The notes below the pieces were generated by a model. That model was not told the DNA's origin, made no database searches, and saw nothing but the letters and a program-made list of their open reading frames with translations. A DNA stretch of 63,487 nt, counting the filler, from Octopus bimaculoides (lineage: Eukaryota): the NCBI RefSeq assembly GCF_001194135.2. It is 8 parts of 7 records of this genome, joined end to end, with 100 filler letters (N's around TTAATTAATTAA, not from the genome) between each part and the next. Parts side by side here need not be neighbours in the genome. Positions count along the whole stretch, not along the records: positions 11,265 to 37,530 come from NC_069005.1; positions 37,631 to 48,059 come from NC_069002.1; 6 more parts are not named here. One strand, given 5' to 3'. Positions 23,706 to 38,283 of the stretch are shown here, piece by piece (the stretch's first letter is position 1; each line of letters begins with the position of its first letter). The translations under genes were made by a program, and so were the position numbers.

Positions 23706-23757
<52 letters not shown>

Positions 23758-24153
23758 GTGTGGACGTGTGTCTACCAAATACGACTAAAATGTCAAACGG
23801 ATTGACTCAAGACAGCCATCAACAATCACGTTTAATTAACAGGCCGCCACTTTTCCAGCCGACCAAGTTCAACGATGGCACGTAATTAAAAGATATTTGA
23901 TAATTTCATTTGTGACTAGCAGCAACAACATTAATAATTTCCACATTAATGTCCGACTTATTATCACTCAACTCGCTTTATATTGTTACGTTGATCAATT
24001 TATATTTTATCCTCTTCTTCTTCTTCTTCTTTGTCGTCGTCTACTTTTCAGCTTATTGCTTTCGATGCCAAAATGGCATTTCCGCCTCTTCTTTTATTCT
24101 GCACACGTTCATTACCCCCTCTTGCTGCTGCTGCTGCTGTTGTTGTTGTTGTC

Positions 24154-24203
<50 letters not shown>

Positions 24204-24223
24204 CATTATTATCATTATTATTA

Positions 24224-24293
<70 letters not shown>

Positions 24294-24594
24294 CATCGTG
24301 TATGTGTGTGTGTTGTATTTCGTCCTTTTATATTACTCTCAGTGACTTGTTGCCAGTACAAGATTCATCATCATCATCGTCATCGTCATCGTCATCGTCA
24401 TCATCATCATCATCTTCATTAATATTATTATTATCATTGTCGTTGTTGTTCTTATTGTTGCTGTTGTTGTCGCCGTCGTTACTGCTGCTGTTGCTGCTGC
24501 TGTTGTCGTCTATGATGCTCTTCTTCTTCTCCTCCTCCTCCTCCTCCTCCTTCTTCTTCTTCTTCTTCTTCTTCTTCTTCTTCTTCTTCTTCTA

Positions 24595-24656
<62 letters not shown>

Positions 24657-24981
24657 CATTGTTGTTGTTGTTATTGTCCTCGATGTCTAGAGCTCTCGTG
24701 GCTAATAAAAGAAATTACTATTATTGTTGTTGTTTGGTTTTGTTGTCATTTTGTGTGTTGTATTTCGTCCTTTTATAAAGTCCCCAGTATGTTGGACCCT
24801 CGTGGCTAATAAAAGAAGTCATTAATTTTGTTGTTGCTATGGTGCCTTTGTGATTAAAAAAGCAATCATCGTCATCATTAGCGTCGTCATCATCAACATC
24901 ATCAACATCATCATCATCATCGTTGTCGTCGTGGTCGTCGCCACCATCATCAATATTCATAATATAATCGTCATCCTCACC

Positions 24982-25052
<71 letters not shown>

Positions 25053-26133
25053 CATCATCATCGCCGCCGCCGTCGTCGTCATCACCANNNNNNNNNNNNN
25101 NNNNNNNNNNNNNNNNNNNNNNNNNNNNNNNNNNNNNNNNNNNNNNNNNNNNNNNNNNNNNNNNNNNNNNNNNNNNNNNNNNNNNNNNNNNNNNNNNNNN
25201 NNNNNNNNNNNNNNNNNNNNNNNNNNNNNNNNNNNNNNNNNNNNNNNNNNNNNNNNNNNNNNNNNNNNNNNNNNNNNNNNNNNNNNNNNNNNNNNNNNNN
25301 NNNNNNNNNNNNNNNNNNNNNNNNNNNNNNNNNNNNNNNNNNNNNNNNNNNNNNNNNNNNNNNNNNNNNNNNNNNNNNNNNNNNNNNNNNNNNNNNNNNN
25401 NNNNNNNNNNNNNNNNNNNNNNNNNNNNNNNNNNNNNNNNNNNNNNNNNNNNNNNNNNNNNNNNNNNNNNNNNNNNNNNNNNNNNNNNNNNNNNNNNNNN
25501 NNNNNNNNNNNNNNNNNNNNNNNNNNNNNNNNNNNNNNNNNNNNNNNNNNNNNNNNNNNNNNNNNNNNNNNNNNNNNNNNNNNNNNNNNNNNNNNNNNNN
25601 NNNNNNNNNNNNNNNNNNNNNNNNNNNNNNNNNNNNNNNNNNNNNNNNNNNNNNNNNNNNNNNNNNNNNNNNATATATATATATATAATGAAGGGAAAAA
25701 GAGATATAGTAGAAAGCTTCTGACAATGCAGAAAGTTTTATAAAATCTTTATATTTCAGGCGCAAAGGTTTATCTTCAGAAGAAAGGCTCATCTTCAGGA
25801 GAAAAACGGTCCAGTTATGCAGGTTCTGTTAAGCCATGCAAATCCCAGGGATTTGAATATAAGAAAGCTGAGAAAGAAAAAAAAAACAGAATTCACGAAA
25901 TATATATATTTTCTAATCCAAAATGGAGACGATTATTGTTCTTCACTATTTCATTCATGAATAATTTTATACAAGTCTTGTCTAATTTAGAATCAGTTAT
26001 GTGTAATTTGGTTGAAAGGGGAAAGCTACCGAAACAATTGTTACTAATATTAGACTTATGTTATGCTGATATATTCATCCTCAGCTTTGTCTTGTATGAA
26101 TGTATGTATGTATGTATGTGTATATGTGTCTAT

Positions 26134-26174
<41 letters not shown>

Positions 26175-26857
26175 CATATAAATATTGGTAGACAGACAAA
26201 CATAGAGAGTTAGATAAATATATGTGAAACATGCGCACATATTACAGGCGTTAATGTATTTCATGAGGTAAGAAAGTAAAGCGAAAGTAGAAAGAAACAA
26301 AAATAGGACACGCCAACAAAAATAAATGCGATCATCAAAGCTTTGAAAAGGAGTTTTTAACTCGAAATATAAGGACTAATTAAATGTTTCTAAGCTAACA
26401 TATCTATAGAGCAGTTATATCATTNNNNNNNNNNNNNNNNNNNNNNNNNNNNNNNNNNNNNNNNNNNNNNNNNNNNNNNNNNNNNNNNNNNNNNNNNNNN
26501 NNNNNNNNNNNNNNNNNNNNNNNNNNNNNNNNNNNNNNNNNNNNNNNNNNNNNNNNNNNNNNNNNNNNNNNNNNNNNNNNNNNNNNNNNNNNNNNNNNNN
26601 NNNNNNNNNNNNNNNNNNNNNNNNNNNNNNNNNNNNNNNNNNNNNNNNNNNNNNNNNNNNNNNNNNNNNNNNNNNNNNNNNNNNNNNNNNNNNNNNNNNN
26701 NNNNNNNNNNNNNNNNNNNNNNNNNNNNNNNNNNNNNNNNNNNNNNNNNNNNNNNNNNNNNNNNNNNNNNNNNNNNNNNNNNNNNNNNNNNNNNNNNNNN
26801 NNNNNNNNNNNNNNNNNNNNNNNNNNNNNNNNNNNNNNNNNNNNNNNNNNNNNNNNN

Positions 26858-26891
<34 letters not shown>

Positions 26892-26920
26892 GTATATATA
26901 TGTATGTATATATATATATA

Positions 26921-26951
<31 letters not shown>

Positions 26952-27443
26952 GTATATATACGTGTCTATTTATGTTTGTATGTACGTAAGTATTCTTCTA
27001 AAACGATGATAAATCGATGAATATGAAAAGTTGTACAGATGGAAATGGAAAGAAAAAAAGAAAATAAATAAAACAATGAAAATAAAAAAACAAAAAAAAC
27101 AAAAACCAAAGTAAATAAGAAAGAAAGAAAGAAAGGAAGGAAGGAAGGAAGGAAGGAAGGAAGAAGGTAAGAATGAAAGACCTAATGGAATGCCTTTATT
27201 TACGACGCTGCTGTAATTGTTGTTACTATTGTGGGTGTTGTTGTTATTGTCATCGCTGTCGTTGCTGCTGCTGCTGCTGTTGTTGTTGTTGTTGCTGTTG
27301 TTGTTTACAACAGTCGGATCGATAGTGGTATTACTTTAAATGTTTGACTTCCATGTTTCGCTATTCTTCTTAGTCGACATGTCATTAACATTAACGATGG
27401 CACACCTTCTGAGACAGAGAGAGAGAGACTCAGAGAGAGAGCG

Positions 27444-27477
<34 letters not shown>

Positions 27478-27739
27478 AGAGAGGGAGACATACGTGTGTA
27501 GTGGGGAGTGGGAGGGGGGAAGAGTAGGGAGGAAGAGTGTGTGTGTGTGTGCATGTAAATGTGAGCAAGGCATACTTCTATGTTTCAATGTGCTTACATA
27601 CACACACACACATAAATATGCATATATACGCCTATACACACACAAACACATATATATACATATATTTATATATACATATATATGTATATATGTATATATA
27701 ATATGAAGTACGTAAATATCAAGTATATGATATATTCAG

Positions 27740-27800
<61 letters not shown>

Positions 27801-28903
27801 TATGCGTGTATGTGTGTGTTTGTGCGTAAGAATATGAATATATAAGTGCATTTGTGCGTATGTATGTATATATATATATTCATAAATGCAGATATATAGA
27901 TATATGTGCAAATGTGCATGTAAATGTATTTATCACACATGCAACGTTTCATATCTGAATAGAGTAATATATTAAATTGCTCTATCTGCATAACAATACA
28001 TACATACATANNNNNNNNNNNNNNNNNNNNNNNNNNNNNNNNNNNNNNNNNNNNNNNNNNNNNNNNNNNNNNNNNNNNNNNNNNNNNNNNNNNNNNNNNN
28101 NNNNNNNNNNNNNNNNNNNNNNNNNNNNNNNNNNNNNNNNNNNNNNNNNNNNNNNNNNNNNNNNNNNNNNNNNNNNNNNNNNNNNNNNNNNNNNNNNNNN
28201 NNNNNNNNNNNNNNNNNNNNNNNNNNNNNNNNNNNNNNNNNNNNNNNNNNNNNNNNNNNNNNNNNNNNNNNNNNNNNNNNNNNNNNNNNNNNNNNNNNNN
28301 NNNNNNNNNNNNNNNNNNNNNNNNNNNNNNNNNNNNNNNNNNNNNNNNNNNNNNNNNNNNNNNNNNNNNNNNNNNNNNNNNNNNNNNNNNNNNNNNNNNN
28401 NNNNNNNNNNNNNNNNNNNNNNNNNNNNNNNNNNNNNNNNNNNNNNNNNNNNNNNNNNNNNNNNNNNNNNNNNNNNNNNNNNNNNNNNNNNNNNNNNNNN
28501 NNNNNNNNNNNNNNNNNNNNNNNNNNNNNNNNNNNNNNNNNNNNNNNNNNNNNNNNNNNNNNNNNNNNNNNNNNNNNNNNNNNNNNNNNNNNNNNNNNNN
28601 NNNNNNNNNNNNNNNNNNNNNNNNNNNNNNNNNNNNNNNNNNNNNNNNNNNNNNNNNNNNNNNNNNNNNNNNNNNNNNNNNNNNNNNNNNNNNNNNNNNN
28701 NNNNNNNNNNNNNNNNNNNNNNNNNNNNNNNNNNNNNNNNNNNNNNNNNNNNNNNNNNNNNNNNNNNNNNNNNNNNNNNNNNNNNNNNNNNNNNNNNNNN
28801 NNNNNNNNNNNNNNNNNNNNNNNNNNNNNNNNNNNNNNNNNNNNNNNNNNNNNNNNNNNNNNNNNNNNNNNNNNNNATATAGTTGAGATGTGCATACATA
28901 TAC

Positions 28904-29066
28904 GGCGCAGGGGTGGCTGTGTGTTAAGTAGCTTGCTTCCCAACCACATGGTTCCAGGTTCAGTTCCACTGCGTGGCACCCTGGGCAAGTGTCTTCTACT
29001 ATAGCCTCGGCCCGACTAAAGCCTTGTGAGTGGATTTGGTAGACGGAAACTGAAAGAAGCCCGTTG

Positions 29067-29099
<33 letters not shown>

Positions 29100-29325
29100 G
29101 TATGCATGTATGTATTTGTGTGTCTGTGTTCATCGCTTTGACAGCCGATGTTGGTGTGCTTACGTCCCCGTAACTCAACGGTTCGACATAAGAGACCGAT
29201 AGAATAAGTACTAGGCTTACAAAGAATAAGTCCTGCGGTCGATTTGCTCGACTAAAGGTGGTGTTCCAGCATGGCCACAGTCAAATTATTGAAGCAAGTA
29301 AAAGAATAAAAGAATAAAAGAATAT
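28904..29325 (+). mobile_element. Well-preserved tRNA-derived SINE: family A head/body (28904-29066), microsatellite spacer, family B tail (29115-29325)
   Basis: ggcgcaggggTGGCTGTGTGtt (A box)..GGTTCAGTTC (B box)..gcaagtgtcttctactatagcc..gacggaaactgaaagaagcccg; tail ends in (AAAGAATA)n. Confidence 0.9.
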
Positions 29326-30149
29326 ACGTACATACACACACAGTCTTATACACACACGCACATATATATTTGCATATATTCATATATGTGTGTTTGTATG
29401 TGTCCTTGCGGAAGTGGGTGTGCGCCTGCGTGCGAATGAGCATTGTTGGTGTTCGTGATTGTGACCGTGTATATCTGCGTATGTATGTTCATACTTTCTC
29501 GCATGCTCGAGAGTGTGCGTGCGGGGTAAAGAGAACGAGAGAAAGAGAGAAAGAGAGAAAGAGAGAGAGTGTGTGGAAGGGGAGGAAACCTTTCTTTGAC
29601 ATCTATAGCTGCATCAGCCCAACGCAGAACAAACCAGAACCAGTCATTTCACATTAAAAGAAAGGAACTATTCCATTACACTCAAAGCAAGATAAAAAAA
29701 AGACCCCAAATAAAACCAAGCAAATAAAACATAAAAGCAAAAACAAAATACTTCCATGCATGGTCTTCATTCTTCGAATCACCATATTTAAATCTTCACG
29801 TGATCAAAATGTCAGAAATACATCAGAGTTAATAACAGCATGACAGCTTGAAAAAGGAGAGAAAAAAAATTACATTGGAGGAAAAGGTAAAGGAAATCTC
29901 TCGGTTGAAACAGTCAATTAGAAAATATGACCCCGGAAACAAATTCTTTTGACGGCCATTCGGTGTATTGTAATGCTGTTATTGGTGGCTTTGGAGATTT
30001 GGTTAGTTTTTAGTTTTGCTGGTGGTGTTGTTATGCTGGTGTGTAGTTGTTTGTCTACTCTTATTGTTAGTGCTTGTTTATATATACGCGTGTCTGTGTG
30101 TGCGTGCGTGTGTGTGTGTATGTATATATATATATGTGTGTGTGTGTAT

Positions 30150-30192
<43 letters not shown>

Positions 30193-31440
30193 NNNNNNNN
30201 NNNNNNNNNNNNNNNNNNNNNNNNNNNNNNNNNNNNNNNNNNNNNNNNNNNNNNNNNNNNNNNNNNNNNNNNNNNNNNNNNNNNNNNNNNNNNNNNNNNN
30301 NNNNNNNNNNNNNNNNNNNNNNNNNNNNNNNNNNNNNNNNNNNNNNNNNNNNNNNNNNNNNNNNNNNNNNNNNNNNNNNNNNNNNNNNNNNNNNNNNNNN
30401 NNNNNNNNNNNNNNNNNNNATATATATATATATATATTCACATACATATATTTATAGAGAGAGAGAGAGGAGAGATAGATAGATGATGTAGATACGGATA
30501 TATATGCACGCACACATACATATATATATAAGACGCGTGTATATATATCTATATGATTATGCATAAATGCATACATACACATACATATATATAAACACAT
30601 GTACATATATATATCATACATACATACATAATATATATCTATATACACGCACACAGGTGCACATACACACAGACACACACACATATGTATATATATATAT
30701 ATAACCAGGTTAATCTCGAGAGTGTATTCCGCATGTAAGAATATGCCTTGATAATGTTGTGTGTATGGTTACATTAATACAAATAGATCGATGAATGTAC
30801 GGGTGGATGGACGGGTGGATGGACGAATATATGAATGGAATGGGTATCTGGTAAGATGGGTGGATGGTAGATATATGGATATATTGATAAATATAACGGG
30901 CAGAGTCAATGTGATAACAGACGTATAGAAGAAATATCTATTAGAAAATTTTCACAAACATTCCTGTACACAAATACACATACACACGCACCCATAAGCG
31001 TGCATACCCATATATATACACTATATATATATATACACTATATATATATATATANNNNNNNNNNNNNNNNNNNNNNNNNNNNNNNNNNNNNNNNNNNNNN
31101 NNNNNNNNNNNNNNNNNNNNNNNNNNNNNNNNNNNNNNNNNNNNNNNNNNNNNNNNNNNNNNNNNNNNNNNNNNNNNNNNNNNNNNNNNNNNNNNNNNNN
31201 NNNNNNNNNNNNNNNNNNNNNNNNNNNNNNNNNNNNNNNNNNNNNNNNNNNNNNNNNNNNNNNNNNNNNNNNNNNNNNNNNNNNNNNNNNNNNNNNNNNN
31301 NNNNNNNNNNNNNNNNNNNNNNNNNNNNNNNNNNNNNNNNNNNNNNNNNNNNNNNNNNNNNNNNNNNNNNNNNNNNNNNNNNNNNNNNNNNNNNNNNNNN
31401 NNNNNNNNNNNNNNNNNNNNTATATATATATATATATATA

Positions 31441-31680
31441 TGTACAAAGTCTGATCAATAAGTATCTAGACTGTTGCCATAGTAACGAAGCTAAAGTACG
31501 CAGAGTGTGGTTACTTGGCAAGGATTGACCTTGAACTCTGCTGTGCATGAGCACTAGGTTTTAACGTTCTGTCACATCAAGAATCTTGAAGAAAGACAGA
31601 ATGGACTACACAGAACAGGAGGATACACATGGATGGAAGAGCGGCTGTGACGAAAGATTTCCAGACAATGGACATATTGC
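31441..31680 (+). mobile_element. Mariner-like terminal fragment
   Basis: After (TA)n: tacaaagtctgatcaataagtatc.., resembling mariner TIRs (TACGAGGTCTGATCAA(T/A)AAGT-type), followed by typical subterminal sequence. Confidence 0.55.
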
Positions 31681-31699
31681 TGTTTCTTTTTCTTTTTTT

Positions 31700-32044
31700 T
31701 TTTTCGTTTTTGCTTTTGTTCTTGTCTTCTCTTTCCTTAAACGAAGCCATTTTGCAACTAATATCACATCAACAAAATTCGTGTTTCTCGTATTGTAAGA
31801 ACAATAATAAACGAGTGAAGAGCGAACATACAGTGCGCGTGTTTATTTGGTAAGAAACAGAAAAATAATGACCGTCCCGAAAAATAACAAATCTCGCAAA
31901 ACAAATTTCATAAACGTAATTTTATATCCTTTGTTGTATATGTTTATTATTCCTCTTATGGTCGTTGTCAATCCCCTCCTTTTGTCTGTTGTAATTCAAC
32001 GTAATCTTCAATGCCTTGGTCCCTTGTTGCCAACAAAAGAAATC

Positions 32045-32100
<56 letters not shown>

Positions 32101-32108
32101 CATTTTTA

Positions 32109-32164
<56 letters not shown>

Positions 32165-32667
32165 TTATTATTGTCATTATCATTATTGTTCAGTAGTCTT
32201 ATTTTTATCACGTGCTTTCACTGTATTACCGAGGACAGCTCTGTATGCCTTGGGTATGTGTTGTGGTTTATTTTGGTGTAGCTATTTTCACTGTTATCAT
32301 CATCATCATCATCATCATTATTATTATTGTTGTTGTTATTATTATCATTATTATTGTTATTGTTATTTTTGGCTTTTGTTGTTGTCTTTATCGTCCGTAC
32401 ATCGAAGTAAGCCTGGCCAAGTAAGAAACGAAAACAAGCAAAGCGAATGCACAAACCAGTGCAAAATAAACCAAAGCAAATCAAAGCAAACTGTTCGAAA
32501 GCAAAGTTATTTGTAACCGTGACTAGTAAAAGGTCACATACGCATGCTCACAATATTACTGGTTCTTTTTCGTTTTCGTTTTTTCGTTTTCGTCTTCTCT
32601 TTCATCAAACGAAGCCATTTTGTAACTAATATCATATCAACAAAATTCGTGTTTCTCGTATTGTAAG
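31700..32667 (+). repeat. ~100-bp direct repeat (31700-31799 and 32565-32667)
   Basis: Both copies read gtcttctcttt..aaacgaagccattttg(c/t)aactaatatca(c/t)atcaacaaaattcgtgtttctcgtattgtaag. Confidence 0.9.
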
Positions 32668-33538
32668 CTGTATTCCCATTCTAGTTCTCGGCTGTTGTCC
32701 AATAGAAGTAATAACAACCAATAAATAATACAGATATCGGCCAACTCACGGGTTATTAATTATTACAAATGTTATTGATTTTTACTCTTACCTATTTATG
32801 TTAGCCTTTCTTTCCATTTTTGCTATTGTTACTCTTGCCGTTAATAATATTTGCTCTTCTCGTTTGTTCTGCATTTGATAAATCACGATTTGCTCGTCGT
32901 TGTCGAAAGCCGAGGCAAGGCAAAGCAAGGCAAAGCAAGGCAAAGCAAGGCAAAGCAAGGCAAAGCAAGGCAAGCAAAACAGGCAAAGTAAGTTGGCAGA
33001 CATTATTGAGCAGACGACAACGACATATCGAAATATCACTCTTACCCTCCTTCTTTCCTTTCATTTTTTTGTTTGTTCTTCCTCCCAGACTTATTCATAT
33101 ACCACACATATTCTCTCGCGTGCTCTCTCTCTCTCTCTTTGTGCGTGAAAATATATTACATATATCTCTTATTTAATCACCATTTCTTCATTATTGCACA
33201 TCCACTCCCTCACTCCTCCCCTTCCTCTTTCTTTCTCATAGTCCTCCTACTCCGACTATTCCCGCTCTCCCCCAGTTTCGCCATTACCACATTCTCTTCC
33301 GGTTTTGGTTGTAACTTTTCACTGCATTACGAATCTCACACAACGACACGTACACACACACATACATACACACACATACATACACACATACATACACACA
33401 CATACATACATACACATACATACACACACACACATTTGCTTATCTCCCTGCAACCGCATCCATTCACTTATGTACCCACATCACCACAAACACGAAACAT
33501 ACACGCGCACACACACACATAGACACTCACATAAACTC

Positions 33539-33616
<78 letters not shown>

Positions 33617-34742
33617 ATCATACAAACAATCACACATTTCTGGGTATATTCACCTTAGTATGCACACGAACGCAAACACGCCGACATAAATACCCATATA
33701 CACTCACACACACACACACATACACGTACACAAACACTCATACATTTTCGTCTCTCTTCAAACGATCATGTCGTCTGCGTTTAGCTAAGTTGCCTCTTCA
33801 CTCGTTGGTTCATTCTTATCACATGACCCTCCTGGTTATAAATTGTTGCATTTTTACGTTGTCTGCTTACACTAACTAACACAGTTTATAATTGGAATGC
33901 AGCTGAAGCTCAGACAATTGATTGTTAAGTGAAGGAGACCAGAAAGAGATATGGTTTATGCAGCAGAAAATGGAAGAATACGATTGGAGAATTGGATGAA
34001 ATACATTGTAATAAATACCATTAGCGCTGTATAAATCTTCCTGTGCTATAATAATCTTGTACGGCCATGAAATATAGATTTTTTTTAACATTGGCACACA
34101 ACCATGAAGTTATTTTGTAATGATGGTGAGGGTATAATCGATGAAAACGAACCTCCAGCTTGATATTTGAAAGGGCAAAAGTAAAAAGAACTGCATCTTT
34201 GTCTAGGCGGTTTGCAAAGAAAATAAGACATAAATACTCTGTGACCAGCAGTTTCGTGTAGTTGAATATAAAATTGCCCGGAACGAACAGATGTACCGAA
34301 AAGAGACACGTTTTATATCCTATATTGTATATCTTGCTATTCAGTTGGTTAAAACTATCTTAGGAGAAAGAAAAAACGTAGCTCAAAGAACTTGGCGTGG
34401 AATTATCATCCCACGAACATGAACATGGCGTATTAATAACGACGGTGTGTTATTTGATTAATGTGTGTGTGTATATTCTTTTATTCTTTTATTCTTTTAT
34501 TCCTTTACTTGTTTCAGCCGTTTGACTGAAGCACCGCCTTAAAGTAAGATTTAGGAACTAGATTTAGCCTTAAATGGGATATAATTCGGAGGGTGCAGCC
34601 TCATAGAGATAGTCGATATGGGTGCGAGCTTTGCTCTATGGAAATTTATGAGATTTTTAAGTACAGAGACTTATATATACATGTATATTTGTATATATAC
34701 GTCTCTGTCTGTCTGTCTGTGTATATATATATATATATATTT

Positions 34743-34781
<39 letters not shown>

Positions 34782-35461
34782 AGACGGGAGAGACAGAGAG
34801 ACAGGGTGGCTGGTTCAGTGATTTTTACTCTGGAATCTCTGCGGTTCCATGGCGGATTACTACTTCTTCACACAATTCAAAGTAGGTGAAACCACGCCTC
34901 ATCACTCTGCNNNNNNNNNNNNNNNNNNNNNNNNNNNNNNNNNNNNNNNNNNNNNNNNNNNNNNNNNNNNNNNNNNNNNNNNNNNNNNNNNNNNNNNNNN
35001 NNNNNNNNNNNNNNNNNNNNNNNNNNNNNNNNNNNNNNNNNNNNNNNNNNNNNNNNNNNNNNNNNNNNNNNNNNNNNNNNNNNNNNNNNNNNNNNNNNNN
35101 NNNNNNNNNNNNNNNNNNNNNNNNNNNNNNNNNNNNNNNNNNNNNNNNNNNNNNNNNNNNNNNNNNNNNNNNNNNNNNNNNNNNNNNNNNNNNNNNNNNN
35201 NNNNNNNNNNNNNNNNNNNNNNNNNNNNNNNNNNNNNNNNNNNNNNNNNNNNNNNNNNNNNNNNNNNNNNNNNNNNNNNNNNNNNNNNNNNNNNNNNNNN
35301 NNNNNNNNNNNNNNNNNNNNNNNNNNNNNNNNNNNNNNNNNNNNNNNNNNNNNNNNNNNNNNNNNNNNNNNNNNNNNNNNNNNNNNNNNNNNNNNNNNNN
35401 NNNNNNNNNNNNNNNNNNNNNNNNNNNNNNNNNNNNNNNNNNNNNNNNNNNNNNNNNNNNN

Positions 35462-35513
<52 letters not shown>

Positions 35514-36136
35514 GATGTCAGACATTGTCTTCTGTCTTGTTTAACGTATGCACTTAAATGTTCAAAGAATTTGAAGACTTGCCAGGAATATCAATTAATG
35601 TCCATGCCTTCTATATCAATAAAAGGCACGAACATCAACACCATTAAATACCCTCTTATTGACTTCAAGCAGAGACGACTTACCGAACTTTGTAACAACA
35701 ATGAACTACAAAGAAATCTTTGGAATCGAAACGTATCTGAAAGAAACAAAATCGTTGTTTAGACGGCAGAGTCTAAAAAGAAGCAGCAGTTACCGAAAAT
35801 AAATATTATCACCAGCGAGGAAAGCTAATTGAGCAGTCACCAAAAGATAATAATATACGAGCTATCAAAAAATGGGAGATGTAAAGCAGAAATCAAGAGA
35901 AATATTGGGGTAGCTTGGGGAATCGTTTGAAGGAGTAAAAAAAAAAAACATGTCGGTTATGTTAACTTGAAGAAATATTAATATCAAAATTCAGGAATAA
36001 AAAAAATGACTGAAATATTATGTATGGTCCACTGTAGACTATAGAAATGAAACATGGACAGAAAGAGAATTATTATTATTAAACTGATTACAAAGTCTTT
36101 GAGAAACGTGGGTATATATGTGGGGATACACACACA

Positions 36137-36176
<40 letters not shown>

Positions 36177-36670
36177 NNNNNNNNNNNNNNNNNNNNNNNN
36201 NNNNNNNNNNNNNNNNNNNNNNNNNNNNNNNNNNNNNNNNNNNNNNNNNNNNNNNNNNNNNNNNNNNNNNNNNNNNNNNNNNNNNNNNNNNNNNNNNNNN
36301 NNNNNNNNNNNNNNNNNNNNNNNNNNNNNNNNNNNNNNNNNNNNNNNNNNNNNNNNNNNNNNNNNNNNNNNNNNNNNNNNNNNNNNNNNNNNNNNNNNNN
36401 NNNNNNNNNNNNNNNNNNNNNNNNNNNNNNNNNNNNNNNNNNNNNNNNNNNNNNNNNNNNNNNNNNNNNNNNNNNNNNNNNNNNNNNNNNNNNNNNNNNN
36501 NNNNNNNNNNNNNNNNNNNNNNNNNNNNNNNNNNNNNNNNNNNNNNNNNNNNNNNNNNNNNNNNNNNTAAACATAAGAGCACCACAGCAAACCTCAGCAC
36601 ATACCCAAGGCGCACAGAGCTGCGCTCGGTAGTGAAGTGAAAGCACGTTATAAAAACAAAACTACTGAAC

Positions 36671-36672
<2 letters not shown>
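32186..36672. repeat. Inverted pair of one dispersed repeat (32186-32295 on +, 36567-36672 on -)
   Basis: Shared core ttgttcagtagt..acgtgctttcact..taccgag..cagctctgt..gccttgggtatgtg in opposite orientations. Confidence 0.85.
35520..36040 (+). mobile_element. Degenerate RTE-clade LINE RT fragment
   Basis: Peptides FKEFEDLPGISIN, KGTNINTIKY and RCKAEIKRNIGVAW resemble RTE RT subdomains around the (lost) YADD. Confidence 0.6.
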
Positions 36673-36741
<69 letters not shown>

Positions 36742-36769
36742 CGATGATGACGATGATGACGATGATGAC

Positions 36770-36815
<46 letters not shown>

Positions 36816-36832
36816 CGACAATGATGACGATT

Positions 36833-36890
<58 letters not shown>

Positions 36891-38283
36891 CTGTGATGCC
36901 AATAATAATAATACCAATAATAACTGTACTACGAACGGTAATTATATAAGTAAGACCAGCTGCAATAGACAGAAATATTTGCAGCAATCAGCTGCTATTA
37001 TCATTGGTGTGTTTCTTTGTAATTATTGTCTTCGTTCGTTAATTACGTCTTTCCGTTTTTGTTGGCGGAATGAGAATGATGATTATTGAATGTTATGAAT
37101 ATTTAATGAGTATGAAAATGTCAATGTTATTGATCACATCAGTAACAACAGCATCAACAACAGCGTCGTATATATACGCATACATGAAGTACATACAGTG
37201 CATACATAAACGCATACATAAAGTATACTTACAGAAACACGTGTTGGAATGGAATTTAATAAGAATAACACGGTAATAACGAAATTTTGATGATGCATGA
37301 TTCCCCCCTGTTCGCCTTACTTATATTCTTTCTATGGTGTATGAAATCCATTGAAGCATGCTATGGATTTACCTGTCGAGTGAAGAATATTTTAATTGTT
37401 TATCCTTAACAATTCTCTGTGTTCCTTATCTTTCGGTGTGGTTGCCCACATCTGCATTATATCACAGTATTAATAAGGTGCCTGCTCAGATTCCAAATCC
37501 CTATTTCTTTATATATATATACATATATATNNNNNNNNNNNNNNNNNNNNNNNNNNNNNNNNNNNNNNNNNNNNTTAATTAATTAANNNNNNNNNNNNNN
37601 NNNNNNNNNNNNNNNNNNNNNNNNNNNNNNTATATATATATATATATGCTGCTCGTGTACGGCAATCTGATTAGCATTATTTGCTAAATAAATATCTCGA
37701 CAAGACAACAGATGTAATGTATCGGCATTATTACGATAAGATCAGCCGAAGTAGGATATAATATCCCCTCTTCTTCCTGAAAGCCATGTGTACTGCTCGA
37801 TCTTTGACATATCATTCACAACGAAACATAAGTTATGTAAACGTGTTATTAAATAAATTAAAAAAATTAAGCTACTTAGATCTGTTCTGCATTGTACGTC
37901 ATTATTAGAAACGTTCTCTCTTATGAGTGGAACCAACATTAACCGCCATGTTTGATATGCCAGTCTAATACCATGTTCGAAATGTTCAAAATGCCACAGC
38001 TTGCACCATGTTTTAAATGTCATTGTGAACAACATGTATAAATGTCATAGGTAAGATACCCCCTCTCATGCAGATATTAATCATAAACCCATTGATATTA
38101 ATGTTCAGGCTATTTGTGTGAATGCCTTTTAAACAATTATTCATTAAGAGATATATTTGGAAGGTCATCCGTACGTAAGGATTCTTTTCCAGCGATTAAT
38201 TGAAAGTCGTTATACAACCGGTGTTTATTAAAGATGGGACGCTATAAAGAAATATTATCCTGAACGAAAACTTGAATTCATGA

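Noticed and set aside
34849-34910. ATGGCG start (MADYYFFTQFK|gtaggt) on + versus a mariner-like SDEAWFH motif on -
   Set aside because: About 60 bp next to a gap, with two conflicting readings and neither supportable.
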